Below are positions 9,404-19,298 of a stretch of DNA of 44,736 nt, piece by piece. The notes beneath the pieces were generated by a model that saw only the letters and a program-made list of their open reading frames with translations, was not told the origin of the DNA and did no database searches. The first letter of the stretch is position 1. Each line of letters begins with the position of its first letter. The DNA is from a virus (lineage: Duplodnaviria > Caudoviricetes). The stretch covers positions 1 to 44,736 of IMG/VR virus record IMGVR_UViG_3300036783_000226; one strand, 5' to 3'. The position numbers were made by a program, and so were the translations under genes.

Positions 9404-10251
9404 CCGCCCGGCCGGCGTCCCGGTGGATCGGCAACCGGGACCTGTTCACCGACCTGGTGGCGAAGACCGCCGCCGAGCTGGGCATGTACGTCAAGGAGCC
9501 CGACCCGGACGAGGGCGTGTACGACCACACCGGCGCCGAGATCATCTCGGCTACCGGCGACGGCACCGGCTACCGGCTGTCCTCGCCGTGCTGGGAGCAT
9601 TCCGGGCGGGAGGTGGGCCGCACGTCCATCCACCCGATCTGGCCCGCCACCCACTACTACTACGCGCCCGGTGACCAGCCGTCCTGCTCGTGCGACTGCG
9701 ACCGCGGCCCGCACGCGATCGCCGCCGACATCGCCCGCAAGCTGGCCCCGGTGTACCGGGCGACGCTGGCCAAGATCGCCGTGTTTGACGCCACGGTGGC
9801 GGCCGAGCAGGCGGCGCGGGACGCGCTGACCGCCCAGATCAGCGACCTGGTGGGTGGGCGGTACCACGCCGCCGGGCACGCGCAAAGCTGGCATTCGACC
9901 AGCCTGCAACTGCACGGGCCGGGCTACGCCGGGATCACCGTGGAGTTCGACGGCGACGGCACGGAGATGCGGATCGGCGGGTCGTACGGGATGCGCGTCC
10001 CGGCCGACGTCGGGCTGGAAGTGCTGGAGGTGTGGGCCGGGTGGGCGGTGCCCGCACAGGCGGCCGAGGATGACGAGCGTGAAGCCGAGCGGGTCGAGGC
10101 GCTGGAGGCCCGCGCCACCCGCCCGGGGCGGCCCGACCCGGCCCGGCCGGTGAGCGCCGGGCACCCGCTGGACGCCGCCGGCCTGGGCCTGGACGGGCCC
10201 GCAGCCCGCGCGGTGGAGACCGTGCGCGCCCGGCTGTTCCGGCAGGAATGA
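9400..10251 (+). CDS. Hypothetical protein
   Basis: GTGA coupling; coding-like GC3 bias. Confidence 0.7.
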   Translation: MTARPASRWIGNRDLFTDLVAKTAAELGMYVKEPDPDEGVYDHTGAEIISATGDGTGYRLSSPCWEHSGREVGRTSIHPIWPATHYYYAPGDQPSCSCDCDRGPHAIAADIARKLAPVYRATLAKIAVFDATVAAEQAARDALTAQISDLVGGRYHAAGHAQSWHSTSLQLHGPGYAGITVEFDGDGTEMRIGGSYGMRVPADVGLEVLEVWAGWAVPAQAAEDDEREAERVEALEARATRPGRPDPARPVSAGHPLDAAGLGLDGPAARAVETVRARLFRQE

Positions 10252-10293
10252 GACCGAAGTGATACAACAACACCGACTGAAGGAGACCAGCCC

Positions 10294-12036
10294 ATGACCG
10301 ACACCGCAACAACCCAGACCGACGAGCCGATCACGCTGGAGTGGTTCGACCCGGCCGACATCGCCACCGACGCGAACATGCGGCTCCGGCCCAACTACGA
10401 CCGGCTGGTGGAGTCAATCAAGGTCGTCGGGGCCAACCTGGAGCCCGTCACCCTGCTCCGCGCCATGCCCGGCCGGCACTGGCGACCGTGCGAATACCAC
10501 GCCGCGACAGGCCCGGCTGACGAACCCGCCGCCCCGGCCGACATGACCGAGTGCCCGGACTGCCGTGAGCTGCCCTACGTCGCGCTGTACGGCAACCAGC
10601 GCGTCCTGGCCTGCGCCGCCGCCAAGACCCGGGTGCGCGGCTACGTCGCCGGGAACGAGGGCGACTCCAAGGACGACGTGCGGGGCCGGCTGATCGGCCA
10701 GTACCACGAGAACCACATGCGCGCCGACCCGACCGCCGCCGAGGACGCCCTGGTGGTGGCGGCGCTGTTTGAGACCGGCCTGACCGAGGCGGGCATCAGC
10801 CGCAAGCTGCGGATGGCCAAGCCGCACGTCCGCGCCGCCCGCGCCGCCGCCGCCAGCGAGCTCGCGGTCAGCGTGGCGATGGCGTACCCGCTGGACCTGA
10901 TGCAGACCGCGCAGGTCGCGGAGTTCGCCGCCAACGGCGACGAGGACGCCGTGGTGGCGCTGTGCGCGGTCGCGGATCAGGACCCGGCCCAGTTCGACCA
11001 CACCGCCGCCCGGCTGCTGGAGTCCGCCCCGGAGCGGGCCCAGCGCCGCGCCCTGATCGCCGCCCTGGAGGCGGCCGGCGTCAAGGTGGTGGACGCGCAG
11101 TGGTCCAACGAGGTGGACGGGCTGCGCGACGAGGCGGGGGAGAAGCTGACCGCCGAGGGCCACGCCGGCTGCCCGGGGCACGCCGCGTTCGTCCACTCCA
11201 CCCAGCGGCACGACGCCGCGACCAGCCGGTGGGTCAGCGAGTGGGCGGCGGTGTACGTGTGCACCGACCCGGAGGCCAACGGGCACCGCAAGCACCCGGC
11301 GCTGACCGGCGCCCACACCCGCACCGACGACGCGCAGGCCGAGCGGCAGCGGCTGGTCGAGCTGGCTGAAGGGCGGCGGGTCCGCGAGGGCAACAAGGAG
11401 TGGCGGGCGGCCCGCACCGTCCGCACCGGCCACCTGGTCACCCTCGCGGCCCGGCCCGCGTCCAAGCTCACCAAGGCCGACCTGGACCTGTTCGGGGACT
11501 TCATTGACGACTACCTGGCCGGCGGCGGGTACGAGCTGCGGCAGGCGATGGAACGCGGCCACCCGTTCGGCTGCGAGATCCTCGGCCTGATCCCGGCCAA
11601 GGGCGAAAATGAGCACACCGGCGCGGCTGACCGGCGCGAGGCGCTGGCCGCGCTGCGGGCCAAGGCGTCCAAGCAGCGCCGCCGCCAGATCAGCGTGGTG
11701 CTGCTGTGCGCCGCGATCGAGAAGCAGATGGATCAGGACACGTGGCGGGACTGCACCAGCAGCAACGCCTTCTGGCGGCAGCGTTCCCAGGCCGACCAGT
11801 ACCTGGCGTTCCTGGAGGCTACCGGGCACGCGATGGCGCCGGTGGAGCGGTGGGTGGCTCAGGCTAACCAGGCGGAGGCGGGCGCCCGGTACACCCCGCT
11901 CGCGTGCGCGGCCGACCCGGAGCCGCCGCTTTCCGCCGTGGCTGACGGGACGGGTGGGGACGGCCCGGAGGCCGCCTCGGATGATCTCGGTGACGCCGAC
12001 CCGGCGAACTACGCGGACCCGGACGTGGCCTCATGA
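10294..12036 (+). CDS. ParB/RepB/Spo0J-family protein (long mobile-element type)
   Basis: NMR, LVESIK...LEPV, degenerate GNQR box, ENHMRAD, HTH, central CPGH...YVCTDP motif. Confidence 0.8.
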   Translation: MTDTATTQTDEPITLEWFDPADIATDANMRLRPNYDRLVESIKVVGANLEPVTLLRAMPGRHWRPCEYHAATGPADEPAAPADMTECPDCRELPYVALYGNQRVLACAAAKTRVRGYVAGNEGDSKDDVRGRLIGQYHENHMRADPTAAEDALVVAALFETGLTEAGISRKLRMAKPHVRAARAAAASELAVSVAMAYPLDLMQTAQVAEFAANGDEDAVVALCAVADQDPAQFDHTAARLLESAPERAQRRALIAALEAAGVKVVDAQWSNEVDGLRDEAGEKLTAEGHAGCPGHAAFVHSTQRHDAATSRWVSEWAAVYVCTDPEANGHRKHPALTGAHTRTDDAQAERQRLVELAEGRRVREGNKEWRAARTVRTGHLVTLAARPASKLTKADLDLFGDFIDDYLAGGGYELRQAMERGHPFGCEILGLIPAKGENEHTGAADRREALAALRAKASKQRRRQISVVLLCAAIEKQMDQDTWRDCTSSNAFWRQRSQADQYLAFLEATGHAMAPVERWVAQANQAEAGARYTPLACAADPEPPLSAVADGTGGDGPEAASDDLGDADPANYADPDVAS

Positions 12037-12575
12037 CCAGGACCAACCCGGCCGACCGGCGCCGCTGGCTGGTCAAGATGCTCCAGTGCGCCTACGAGGA
12101 CGAGGCGACGCCGGGCCTGCCGTGGCACGCCCTGGTCCCGGTGGCCGTCTCCTACGGCGGCCGGGCCGTGGACCGGCCCGGCCCGGCCGAATTCGAGGCG
12201 GTCAGGGACCTGACCGTGGGCGAGCTGTACGGCGCCCCGGCCGAGCCGGGCCCGCAGTGGCGGGGGAGCCCGTGGGTGGACGAGCTGCTCCGGTACCGGT
12301 ACGTCAACGTCAAGCTGGGCGACATGCTGGCCGAATGGGAGGCCGACGCCAAGGCGCTGGCCGGCAACGCCTCCGGCCGGGAGACCGCCGAAGGGCAGGC
12401 GGCCGGGCGGGAGCTGGCCCGCGCCGCCGAGGAGCTGCGCGGCACGCTGGGCGCGGCGCTCCCGCCGGGCGCGCCCAAGCCGGCGCCCTGGATCAGGCCC
12501 GGCGCGTGGGACTGGATCAACTGGCACCTGGCCGAGCTGGGCCGGCTGCTGCGCGAACACGGGAAGGCATCATGA
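12033..12575 (+). CDS. Hypothetical protein
   Basis: ATGA coupling. Confidence 0.7.
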   Translation: MTRTNPADRRRWLVKMLQCAYEDEATPGLPWHALVPVAVSYGGRAVDRPGPAEFEAVRDLTVGELYGAPAEPGPQWRGSPWVDELLRYRYVNVKLGDMLAEWEADAKALAGNASGRETAEGQAAGRELARAAEELRGTLGAALPPGAPKPAPWIRPGAWDWINWHLAELGRLLREHGKAS

Positions 12576-13096
12576 CCCGGCGGATCGTGGACCCGGGCGA
12601 GCTGCCCGAGGTCCGCGACCTGCTGGCCCGCCTCGCGGAGGTGGACCGGGTGATCACGCCCGAGCACGTCTCGCGGCGGTTCGGGGAGCTAATCACCGAC
12701 CTGGACGCTGAGGGGCCGCCGGCGAACCCGGCGCCGCTGTGGGTCGAGGCGCACCTGCTGTTCTGGCCGTGGCCCGGCCCCGCCGTCCAGGTCACCACGC
12801 CGGACGGGATCACCGTCGAGTTCCGGCCCGGCTCCCCGTACTGGCCGCGCAACGCCACGGTGACCGGCCGGGGCATCGACATCAAGGGGCTGCGGCTGGA
12901 CCTGGACGCGGACATCACGCCCGGCGGCGAGCCGGCGAGGATCTTCCGCCCGTGGAAGACCGGCGTGGCCGGGATCGACGGCGCGGCTGACGTGCCGGAG
13001 CGGTACGTCACCGCCGCGTGGGCGCTGTGCAAACGGCGCGCCCGGGAGGCCCGGGAGGCGCTGGGCGTGGTCACCGGCCAGCGCAAGCCGCCGTGA
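12572..13096 (+). CDS. Hypothetical protein
   Basis: ATGA coupling, GGAAGG RBS. Confidence 0.7.
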   Translation: MTRRIVDPGELPEVRDLLARLAEVDRVITPEHVSRRFGELITDLDAEGPPANPAPLWVEAHLLFWPWPGPAVQVTTPDGITVEFRPGSPYWPRNATVTGRGIDIKGLRLDLDADITPGGEPARIFRPWKTGVAGIDGAADVPERYVTAAWALCKRRAREAREALGVVTGQRKPP

Positions 13097-13785
13097 CCAA
13101 GGACCGGGGGGTGGTGATCCGGGCGGCCTGGCAGGGCGAGGTGAGCCCGGGGTGGCAGGTGCCGCCGAACCCGTACGTGTACGCGGGCGACCCGCCGGGC
13201 GGCGTGACCCTGCGCGCCAAGGGCAGGCCGCCGGTGCCGTGCGACGTGACCCGGTGGCCGGCGGGTGACCGGGCCGGGCTGTGGGCGTGGCGGGCGACCC
13301 CGCGCGGCGGCGCGCCCGTCCCGCCCGGCGCGGTGCTGGCCGCCGCCTACGCCCCGGCCGCGACGGTGATCAGTGCGGAGGGAGCGGAGCCGCTGGTAAC
13401 CCCCGGTCGGCACGCCGACCCGGCCGACGCCGACGAGCCCGCCCGGCCATCAGGAACCGGGCCCGCCGACCCCGGCCAGCGCAAGCCCGGCCCCAAGCCA
13501 GGCGTCCGGCAGGGCCCGCGCACCAGGCCGCGCAAGCGCCGGGCCGCGAGCGGACCTGAGCTGCCCGCGAGCGAAGCAGCGGGCGAAGCTGAGGTGGGCC
13601 CGGCCCGGCCCGACCCCGGCCACCCGCTCACCCCCGCCAGCCGCGCGCCGGAGCCCGTGCGCAAGCCCGGCGGCCAGCCCGCCAACACCGCCGACCCCGG
13701 CTGGTGCCCCGACCCGCCCAAAGGGTGCGGCTACCACCGCAACGCCCTCGGCCACCGGATCACCTGCGAAGGGTACGAGCCGTGA
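13093..13785 (+). CDS. Hypothetical protein, Pro-rich, C-terminal C-C-H-C motif
   Basis: GTGA coupling at both ends. Confidence 0.6.
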   Translation: MTKDRGVVIRAAWQGEVSPGWQVPPNPYVYAGDPPGGVTLRAKGRPPVPCDVTRWPAGDRAGLWAWRATPRGGAPVPPGAVLAAAYAPAATVISAEGAEPLVTPGRHADPADADEPARPSGTGPADPGQRKPGPKPGVRQGPRTRPRKRRAASGPELPASEAAGEAEVGPARPDPGHPLTPASRAPEPVRKPGGQPANTADPGWCPDPPKGCGYHRNALGHRITCEGYEP

Positions 13786-14003
13786 CCGGCCGGATCATCG
13801 CCGGCGGCGCCCCCGCCCGGGTCATCGCCGCCCTGGAGGGCCGCGACCGGCCCGCCACCGTCGAGCAGCTCGGCGCCGCCGCCGGGGTGTCCGGCCCGAC
13901 CGTGCGCCGCACCCTGGCCGAGCTCGACGCGGCCGGGCTGCTTGAGGTGACCGGGTCCTGGCCGCGCGCCTACGCGCTGAAAGGGGGGACGGGTGATGGC
14001 TGA
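13782..14003 (+). CDS. Small winged-HTH protein
   Basis: ATVEQLGAAAGVSGPTVRRTLAELDAAGLLEVTG. Confidence 0.75.
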   Translation: MTGRIIAGGAPARVIAALEGRDRPATVEQLGAAAGVSGPTVRRTLAELDAAGLLEVTGSWPRAYALKGGTGDG

Positions 14004-14223
14004 CCGCAACGCGGAGGTGCAGCGGATCACGCTGCTGGTGCTGGCCGCGATCGAGGACACGAACCTGGCCGAGCAGCGCCGCCGCGCGGTGGGCGACCGG
14101 GTGGAGCGGGCGCTGCGCAACCCCGACATAGCCAGCGCGGTCCAGCACATCCTGAACTGCATCGACGCCTCCCGGGGCGCCGACCGGTCCAACGTGGTCC
14201 AGATGGCCGGGAGGCGGCGGTGA
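13996..14223 (+). CDS. Hypothetical protein
   Basis: RBS AAAGGGGG; overlap with upstream stop. Confidence 0.65.
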   Translation: MADRNAEVQRITLLVLAAIEDTNLAEQRRRAVGDRVERALRNPDIASAVQHILNCIDASRGADRSNVVQMAGRRR

Positions 14224-14230
14224 ACGGGCC

Positions 14231-14557
14231 GTGAGCCGGGGCAACGAGGTGGGCGACTGGCAGGCGCTGAAGATGCGGTTGTGCCGGGTGAAGTGCCGGA
14301 CCTGCATCTACCGGCGCGGCAACAAGATGCACCTTGACCCCGGCCGCGCCGAGACCATGGCCCGCGAGGCGCTGGCCCTGCACAGCTACGTGGTGTGCCA
14401 CGCCACGCTGCGCGAGACGGCGCCGGCCGGGGTGGACCCGGCCATCTGCCGGGGGTTCTATGACCTGTACCGGCACGAGGCGGTCGCGCTGGTGCTGATC
14501 GCCGTGATGTTCGGGTTCATCGAGGTGGACCCGCCGAAGGAGGATGACTATGGCTGA
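14231..14557 (+). CDS. Cys-rich phage protein
   Basis: CRTCIYR...VVCHATL...AICRGF pattern. Confidence 0.7.
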   Translation: MSRGNEVGDWQALKMRLCRVKCRTCIYRRGNKMHLDPGRAETMAREALALHSYVVCHATLRETAPAGVDPAICRGFYDLYRHEAVALVLIAVMFGFIEVDPPKEDDYG

Positions 14558-15053
14558 GGCGAGAGACGCCCACGCGGCTGAGCAGACCGAGGCGGCGCGG
14601 GAGGAGGCGGTGATGCGGTCGGTGACGGGGATGGGCCGGGTGGCCGCGTTGACTAGCGGCGGGCTGGGCGTGGTCGCCGTCCGCGACGCCAGCGCGGCCA
14701 TGCGCCGGTCGGACACGATCATCAGGGACCGGTTCACCGCCGCGCTGGAGGCCGGGATGCGGTACTGCCCGCACGCCGGCGCGGTGCTGGTGCTGTGGTG
14801 GTCCCCGGTGCCGGGCGCCCCGGTGACCTGCAAGGAATGCACCGCCGCCTGGCTGGCCGCGCACGTCGTGGGCACGGCCGAGGACGACACGTGCGACGTG
14901 TGCCGCCGGCCGATGGGCGGCCGGGACTACCAGGAGCGGCACCTGATGTTCTCCGACGACCCGCCGCCCGGCTACGGCAAGCCGATCCCGACGCTGACCG
15001 TGCCCTACGCGGTCTGCACCTCGTGCCTGGCGGCGGAACGGAGCTACCCGTGA
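14550..15053 (+). CDS. Zinc-binding hypothetical protein
   Basis: AAGGAGG RBS; CPH, CKEC, CDVC, CTSC. Confidence 0.7.
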   Translation: MAEARDAHAAEQTEAAREEAVMRSVTGMGRVAALTSGGLGVVAVRDASAAMRRSDTIIRDRFTAALEAGMRYCPHAGAVLVLWWSPVPGAPVTCKECTAAWLAAHVVGTAEDDTCDVCRRPMGGRDYQERHLMFSDDPPPGYGKPIPTLTVPYAVCTSCLAAERSYP

Positions 15054-15253
15054 GCTGGGACCAGGTGCCCCGGGTGTACCGGCGCCGCCTGTGGCTGCTC
15101 CGCAACCAGGCCGCGCTCGCCGCCGCGGCCGGCGTGCTGCTGGTGCTGGCGCTCGCGCTGGCCATGGCGGTCACCCACCCGGGCGGCACCTGCCGCGCGG
15201 TGCCGGCGGCCGGGCCCGGCAAGGCCCACTACACGCTGGAGTGCCAGCCGTGA
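15050..15253 (+). CDS. Small membrane protein
   Basis: GTGA coupling; single TM. Confidence 0.6.
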   Translation: MSWDQVPRVYRRRLWLLRNQAALAAAAGVLLVLALALAMAVTHPGGTCRAVPAAGPGKAHYTLECQP

Positions 15254-15498
15254 CCGACCAGACCCTGTTCGACCTGCCCGCCGGGATACCCGAGGTGCCG
15301 CGCGGGCCGCTGACCCGGGACGAGGCCGCCCGGCTGTACGCCTCGGGCCTGACCGCGTGCCAGATCCGCGAGCTGTACCCGCGCATGACGGTGCCCGGCG
15401 TGGAGGCGCGGATCCGGCTGGGCGGCCGGGCCGGCCTGCTGTGGTGCCCGCTGTGCCGCCGTCTCGAGGAAATCACCGGCGACGGGCCGGCCCGGTGA
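15250..15498 (+). CDS. Small HTH-like protein with CPLC
   Basis: GTGA coupling; AARLYASGLTACQI. Confidence 0.55.
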   Translation: MTDQTLFDLPAGIPEVPRGPLTRDEAARLYASGLTACQIRELYPRMTVPGVEARIRLGGRAGLLWCPLCRRLEEITGDGPAR

Positions 15499-15719
15499 CG
15501 ATGGCGCACCGCTGGCAGGACTGCACGCCGGTCCTGCTCCCGTTCGACGGGCCCGGCGGCGTGTCGGTGACCGGGGAGCAGCTGGACATGGCGTGGTCGC
15601 TGGTGCCCGACCGGGACCGGCGCCTGTTCCACGAGTTCTGCTGCGAGAACCGGCACGATGACGTGACCGAGGCGGCGATGGACCGGATCGTGGCGCTGGT
15701 GGAGCTCCTGCACCCTTAA
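15495..15719 (+). CDS. Hypothetical protein
   Basis: GTGA coupling; last gene before a convergent block. Confidence 0.6.
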   Translation: MTMAHRWQDCTPVLLPFDGPGGVSVTGEQLDMAWSLVPDRDRRLFHEFCCENRHDDVTEAAMDRIVALVELLHP

Positions 15720-15829
15720 CTAACCCAGCCCGAAACAAGCCGAGCGGGCCGGAGGCGGCTTTCCCCGGCCCCGGGCGGGTATTGGGGTGGGCCGGCCCGC
15801 ACAGGCCCGGAGGATTGCTCTGAGGCGTT

Positions 15830-16066
15830 TCAGGCAGCCTCGGGGCGGCGGGCGGCCCGGTAGTGGGCGCGGCCGGTGGACTCGCACCAGTAGCCGTGCG
15901 CGTCCAGCTTGAACATCAGCGTCCCGTTGCGCCGGGTCGCGGCGGCCGGGTCCAGGCAGATGTCGGGCCAGCGCTGGTGCGCGGTGAACGCGGATTCGCT
16001 GGTGAAGGTGCGGTGGCAGCGGACGCAGTGCGCGGTGGCCAGACCGGTGAACCGGCATTCACACAC
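15830..16066 (-). CDS. Small phage zinc-binding protein (FDXHR-like)
   Basis: C.C..TG...AHCVRCHRTFTSESAFTAHQ; TAACCT 7 nt before GTG (leaderless). Confidence 0.7.
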   Translation of the reverse strand: MCECRFTGLATAHCVRCHRTFTSESAFTAHQRWPDICLDPAAATRRNGTLMFKLDAHGYWCESTGRAHYRAARRPEAA

Positions 16067-16082
16067 GCTCCCGAGGTTACCG

Positions 16083-16382
16083 TCAGCAGGCGGGCAGCCG
16101 GGCCGCGCGGTCAGCCGGGGTGGCGCCGCAGCCTGGGAAGCTGACCCGGACCCAGTAGTAGCCGCCAAGCCCCGGGACGTGCACGCACTCGTACAGCAGC
16201 TTGCCGAACCACCGGTAATCGCCGTATTGCAGGGAGGTGCACGGGCCGAAGATGGACCCGGTGGCCGCCGTGGCGGCGGGCGCGGCGGCGCGGGCGGTCA
16301 GGGCGGTGCCGCCCAGCAGGACGGCGACGGCCAGCAGCAGGCCGGGGATGACACGGCAGCGGATCAGTGACATGACGGTCAC
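16083..16382 (-). CDS. Small secreted Cys-containing protein
   Basis: Signal peptide (LLLAVAVLLGGTALTARA); GTGA coupling to upstream gene. Confidence 0.65.
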   Translation of the reverse strand: MTVMSLIRCRVIPGLLLAVAVLLGGTALTARAAAPAATAATGSIFGPCTSLQYGDYRWFGKLLYECVHVPGLGGYYWVRVSFPGCGATPADRAARLPAC

Positions 16383-17113
16383 GCCGCGGTCGTCTTGGCG
16401 AGCCGGTCCAGGAACCCGGCGGTGACCCGCTCGCGGGCCAGGCCCATCCGGCGCCCGTCCCGCTCCAGCACCGCCGAGCAGCGCATGGCCGGGTCGGCGG
16501 GCCACGCCAGGCAGACCGCGGGGCTGGTCCGGGTCGCGTCGAGCACGTCGCCGGCCGGTGCGCCGGCCTCCAGCGCGGCCAGCTCGGCCGGGGTGATCTT
16601 CTCCGCGACCAGGACCAGGGCCGTCTCGGCTACCACGGTGGTGCCGGCCATCATCAGGCCGCGCCGCTCCCAGCAGGTCAGCCCCTCGGCGGCGGGCAGG
16701 CCAAGGTCGGCGGCCTCGCCGGCGGTGACAACCCGGCCCCGCATCGGCCCGTACGGGTCGATCCGGGGCGGGCCGGCGCCCAGGTGCCGGGTCAGCTCGG
16801 CCACGATCCGGGTGAATGGCACGTCGGTGGCCAGCAGCAGCCCGCCGATCAGCCGGGCGGCGGATTCGCCGGTGGCGCCGGGGCCGAGCGCGGCGGTCAG
16901 CCCGTGGATGGGCCGCTCGGCGAAGAGCTGCCGGATGCTCGACGCGACGGCGGTGTCGGGCAGGCCGGGCCGGTCGAGCAGGCGGGTGATGTCGGCCAGC
17001 GCGGTGTGCCAGGTGGCGGCGGCGAGGGTGGGCGCGATCACGTCGGGCCCGTGGAACGCCGCCGCGATAGTCGCGTCGGAGAGTAGCAGGTGGTGCGCGG
17101 ACTGTGCGTGCAT
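16379..17113 (-). CDS. Hypothetical protein, possible chorismate-lyase/UTRA fold
   Basis: WERRGLM...VAETALVL...ALEAGAPAGDVL...ARERV resembles UbiC/UTRA pattern; TACGGT 6 nt before ATG. Confidence 0.5.
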   Translation of the reverse strand: MHAQSAHHLLLSDATIAAAFHGPDVIAPTLAAATWHTALADITRLLDRPGLPDTAVASSIRQLFAERPIHGLTAALGPGATGESAARLIGGLLLATDVPFTRIVAELTRHLGAGPPRIDPYGPMRGRVVTAGEAADLGLPAAEGLTCWERRGLMMAGTTVVAETALVLVAEKITPAELAALEAGAPAGDVLDATRTSPAVCLAWPADPAMRCSAVLERDGRRMGLARERVTAGFLDRLAKTTAA

Positions 17114-17158
17114 GTGCCAACCGTAATGGAATGGTCACACAACGTCCAGGGGTTACGG

Positions 17159-17174
17159 GCCGGTTGCAACCGGC
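17159..17174. promoter_or_regulatory. 16-bp perfect palindrome GCCGGTTGCAACCGGC, operator candidate
   Basis: Self-complementary; lies between divergent genes. Confidence 0.5.
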
Positions 17175-17283
17175 GAAACATCGGCCGCACGGTGCCCGCG
17201 TGACGGGGCCTGCCGCTAGCCTGGTGGCCTGTTCCGCGCACACAAGTCCGCACAGGTACGACCACCCCACGGAAGGGAAACCC

Positions 17284-18522
17284 ATGAGTACCACCGGGCG
17301 CCGTCGTCGCGCGGCCACATTCCTCCGCCGCCACCGGGCGGCCACCATCCTCGCCTCCATCTTCGCCGCCCTCATCCTGGGCGCCGGCACGGCACTCGCC
17401 GCCGTCGCCGCCCTGCCCTCCACCAACGCGGTCGGCTCGGCCGGCTACCAGGCGCACACCACCGACCCCGCAGGCTTTACTGACAGCCAGGCCGTCGTCA
17501 ACGCCGGCCAGTACGGCCTCACCGTCAAGGGGCCCGGCGCGCAGGGCTCGTTCCTGTGCGACCATGCCAGCGGCCTGTTCGCGGGGGTCGGCGAGTTCAG
17601 CACCAACCTCAACACCGCCTACACGGTGCAGGCGTCGTTCGGCGTCCCCACCGGCGGCTGCCCCGGCAACGGGCCGCCCGCCACCGTGGTCAACCTCCCG
17701 GCCCTGGCCGGCGTGCCGTTCGGGCACCACCTGTGGACGCACGTCCTGGTGACCCACAAGGTCAAGACGATCCGCATCCTGATCTGCATCCTCAAGGACC
17801 GCTCCGGCGAGACGGTGCCCACCCCGACGCCGTCCGTGGCGCTGCCCACCGCCTCCGTCGAGGCCCCGTCGTCCACCGCGCCGCCGACTGACATCTCCGG
17901 CTCCGGCGGCACCGAGGAGCCGTCGGCCACCCCGTCCACCGAATCCCCGACCGCGAGCCCGTCGGCCACGCCCACCGGGAGCCCGACCGTCAACCCGCAG
18001 GGCCAGACCATCCTGTCGCTGCCCGGCTTCCTGGTGCGCTGCCACATCATCACCCGGACGATCGCCAGGAACACCGTCACCTTCGAGGCCCAGGACCTGG
18101 ACGCCCCGACCGTGACCCCGACCGCCGGTGACCTGCCCGGCGTGCAGACCGCCACCCGGCCGCTGCCGGCCGGCACCGTGTTCGACATCGCCGGCGCCGG
18201 CGTCAACGAGAACCTGACCGGCCTGGTCGCCTGCTCCGGCATCGGCTTCCCGGCCATCCTGGCCGGCCCGGCCGCCTACACGTCCCGGGCGTGCCAGCCG
18301 CTGTCCGTCTTCGAGTTCGCCACCGCCACCGTCGCCGCCGGCAGCCCGCAGGATTACGGGTCGCTGGACACGTCCGAGGTGATCTCCCCGAACGCCTCCG
18401 CCGCGCTGATGGCGCCGAACAACTCCCTGTCCGCCACGGGCGCGACCGGGCCGCACGCCCCCACCGGGTCGGCGACCGGGTCCGTGTTCCACGTCTTCTC
18501 CGCCAACGCCCCGACCAGCTAG
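17284..18522 (+). CDS. Secreted beta-rich protein with Ser/Thr/Pro-rich insert
   Basis: Arg-rich n-region, hydrophobic h-region, ALA cleavage; RBS GGAAGGG. Confidence 0.75.
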   Translation: MSTTGRRRRAATFLRRHRAATILASIFAALILGAGTALAAVAALPSTNAVGSAGYQAHTTDPAGFTDSQAVVNAGQYGLTVKGPGAQGSFLCDHASGLFAGVGEFSTNLNTAYTVQASFGVPTGGCPGNGPPATVVNLPALAGVPFGHHLWTHVLVTHKVKTIRILICILKDRSGETVPTPTPSVALPTASVEAPSSTAPPTDISGSGGTEEPSATPSTESPTASPSATPTGSPTVNPQGQTILSLPGFLVRCHIITRTIARNTVTFEAQDLDAPTVTPTAGDLPGVQTATRPLPAGTVFDIAGAGVNENLTGLVACSGIGFPAILAGPAAYTSRACQPLSVFEFATATVAAGSPQDYGSLDTSEVISPNASAALMAPNNSLSATGATGPHAPTGSATGSVFHVFSANAPTS

Positions 18523-18529
18523 CCCTCCC

Positions 18530-18572
18530 GGGCGGCGGCCGGAGCCGGCCCCCCGGCCCCCGGCCGCCGCCC
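18530..18572 (+). terminator. GC-rich hairpin, probable intrinsic terminator
   Basis: 13-bp arms GGGCGGCGGCCGG / CCGGCCGCCGCCC just after stop codon; no U-tract. Confidence 0.55.
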
Positions 18573-18618
18573 CGAAACCACCGTCAGTCCCCGTCCGCCC
18601 GGCCCAGGATGGGAACGA

Positions 18619-19119
18619 ATGACCGACGACAACCCCGAGACCTGGCAGCTGCCCGACCGGCCGCCGCGGCCGCGCCACCGCCGCCGCCGGGTCACCCTGG
18701 CCCTGGCCGCCGCGATCACGGCCCTGGCCGTCGCTGTCGCGGCGCTGATCCTGGCGGTGCGGCTGGACAGCCGGGTGACCGCGCTGGAGCAGGCCGCCCC
18801 CGGGCTCGCCGGCACCGCGCAGGCCGCCCAGCAAGCCGCCGGGCAGGCCGCCACCGCCGCAGCCGGGGCGGAGGCGGCGGCCAGCCAGGCCCGCCGCGCG
18901 GCCGGCGCGGCGCAGGCGGCGGCCAGCCTGCCACCGGGCCTGGGCGTGTGCGTCGCGGTCCAGCCCGGCGTGGCCGGCCAGGGCCGGGGCCTGGCCACGG
19001 TGGTCGCCTCGCTGACCATCGCGCCGCCGTCCCGCTCCGGGCAGGTGGTCTCGTGCCGGGCCGGGTCGTTCGTCCCGGCCGTGCCGCAGCCCCAGCCCGG
19101 CACCCCGCCGCGCCGCTGA
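18619..19119 (+). CDS. Membrane-anchored Ala-rich protein
   Basis: TM segment then Ala/Gln coil and two Cys. Confidence 0.65.
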   Translation: MTDDNPETWQLPDRPPRPRHRRRRVTLALAAAITALAVAVAALILAVRLDSRVTALEQAAPGLAGTAQAAQQAAGQAATAAAGAEAAASQARRAAGAAQAAASLPPGLGVCVAVQPGVAGQGRGLATVVASLTIAPPSRSGQVVSCRAGSFVPAVPQPQPGTPPRR

Positions 19120-19298
19120 CCAGGGCGGGCCGGACCCTTGTGGGAGCGGGGGACCGGGCCCGGCCCGTTACCCGCCCCAGCCTGCCACGCCCCGGCGCGG
19201 CGCGCCCGCCTGTTGGGCAAACCGCGCCCGGGGTACCCTCACCCCAAGCACACCCGAACCGCGCACTCGGGCCACCTGACCGTGACCGGAGGCGCACC

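Noticed and set aside
16379-17113. Link between the chorismate-lyase-like ORF and carboxy-SAM supply for the MTase
   Set aside because: Carboxy-SAM needs prephenate and a CmoA-type enzyme; neither a mutase nor CmoA is recognisable here
18291-19298. Upstream extension of the ParB-like ORF
   Set aside because: Overlaps two better genes; RBS and domain begin at 19299
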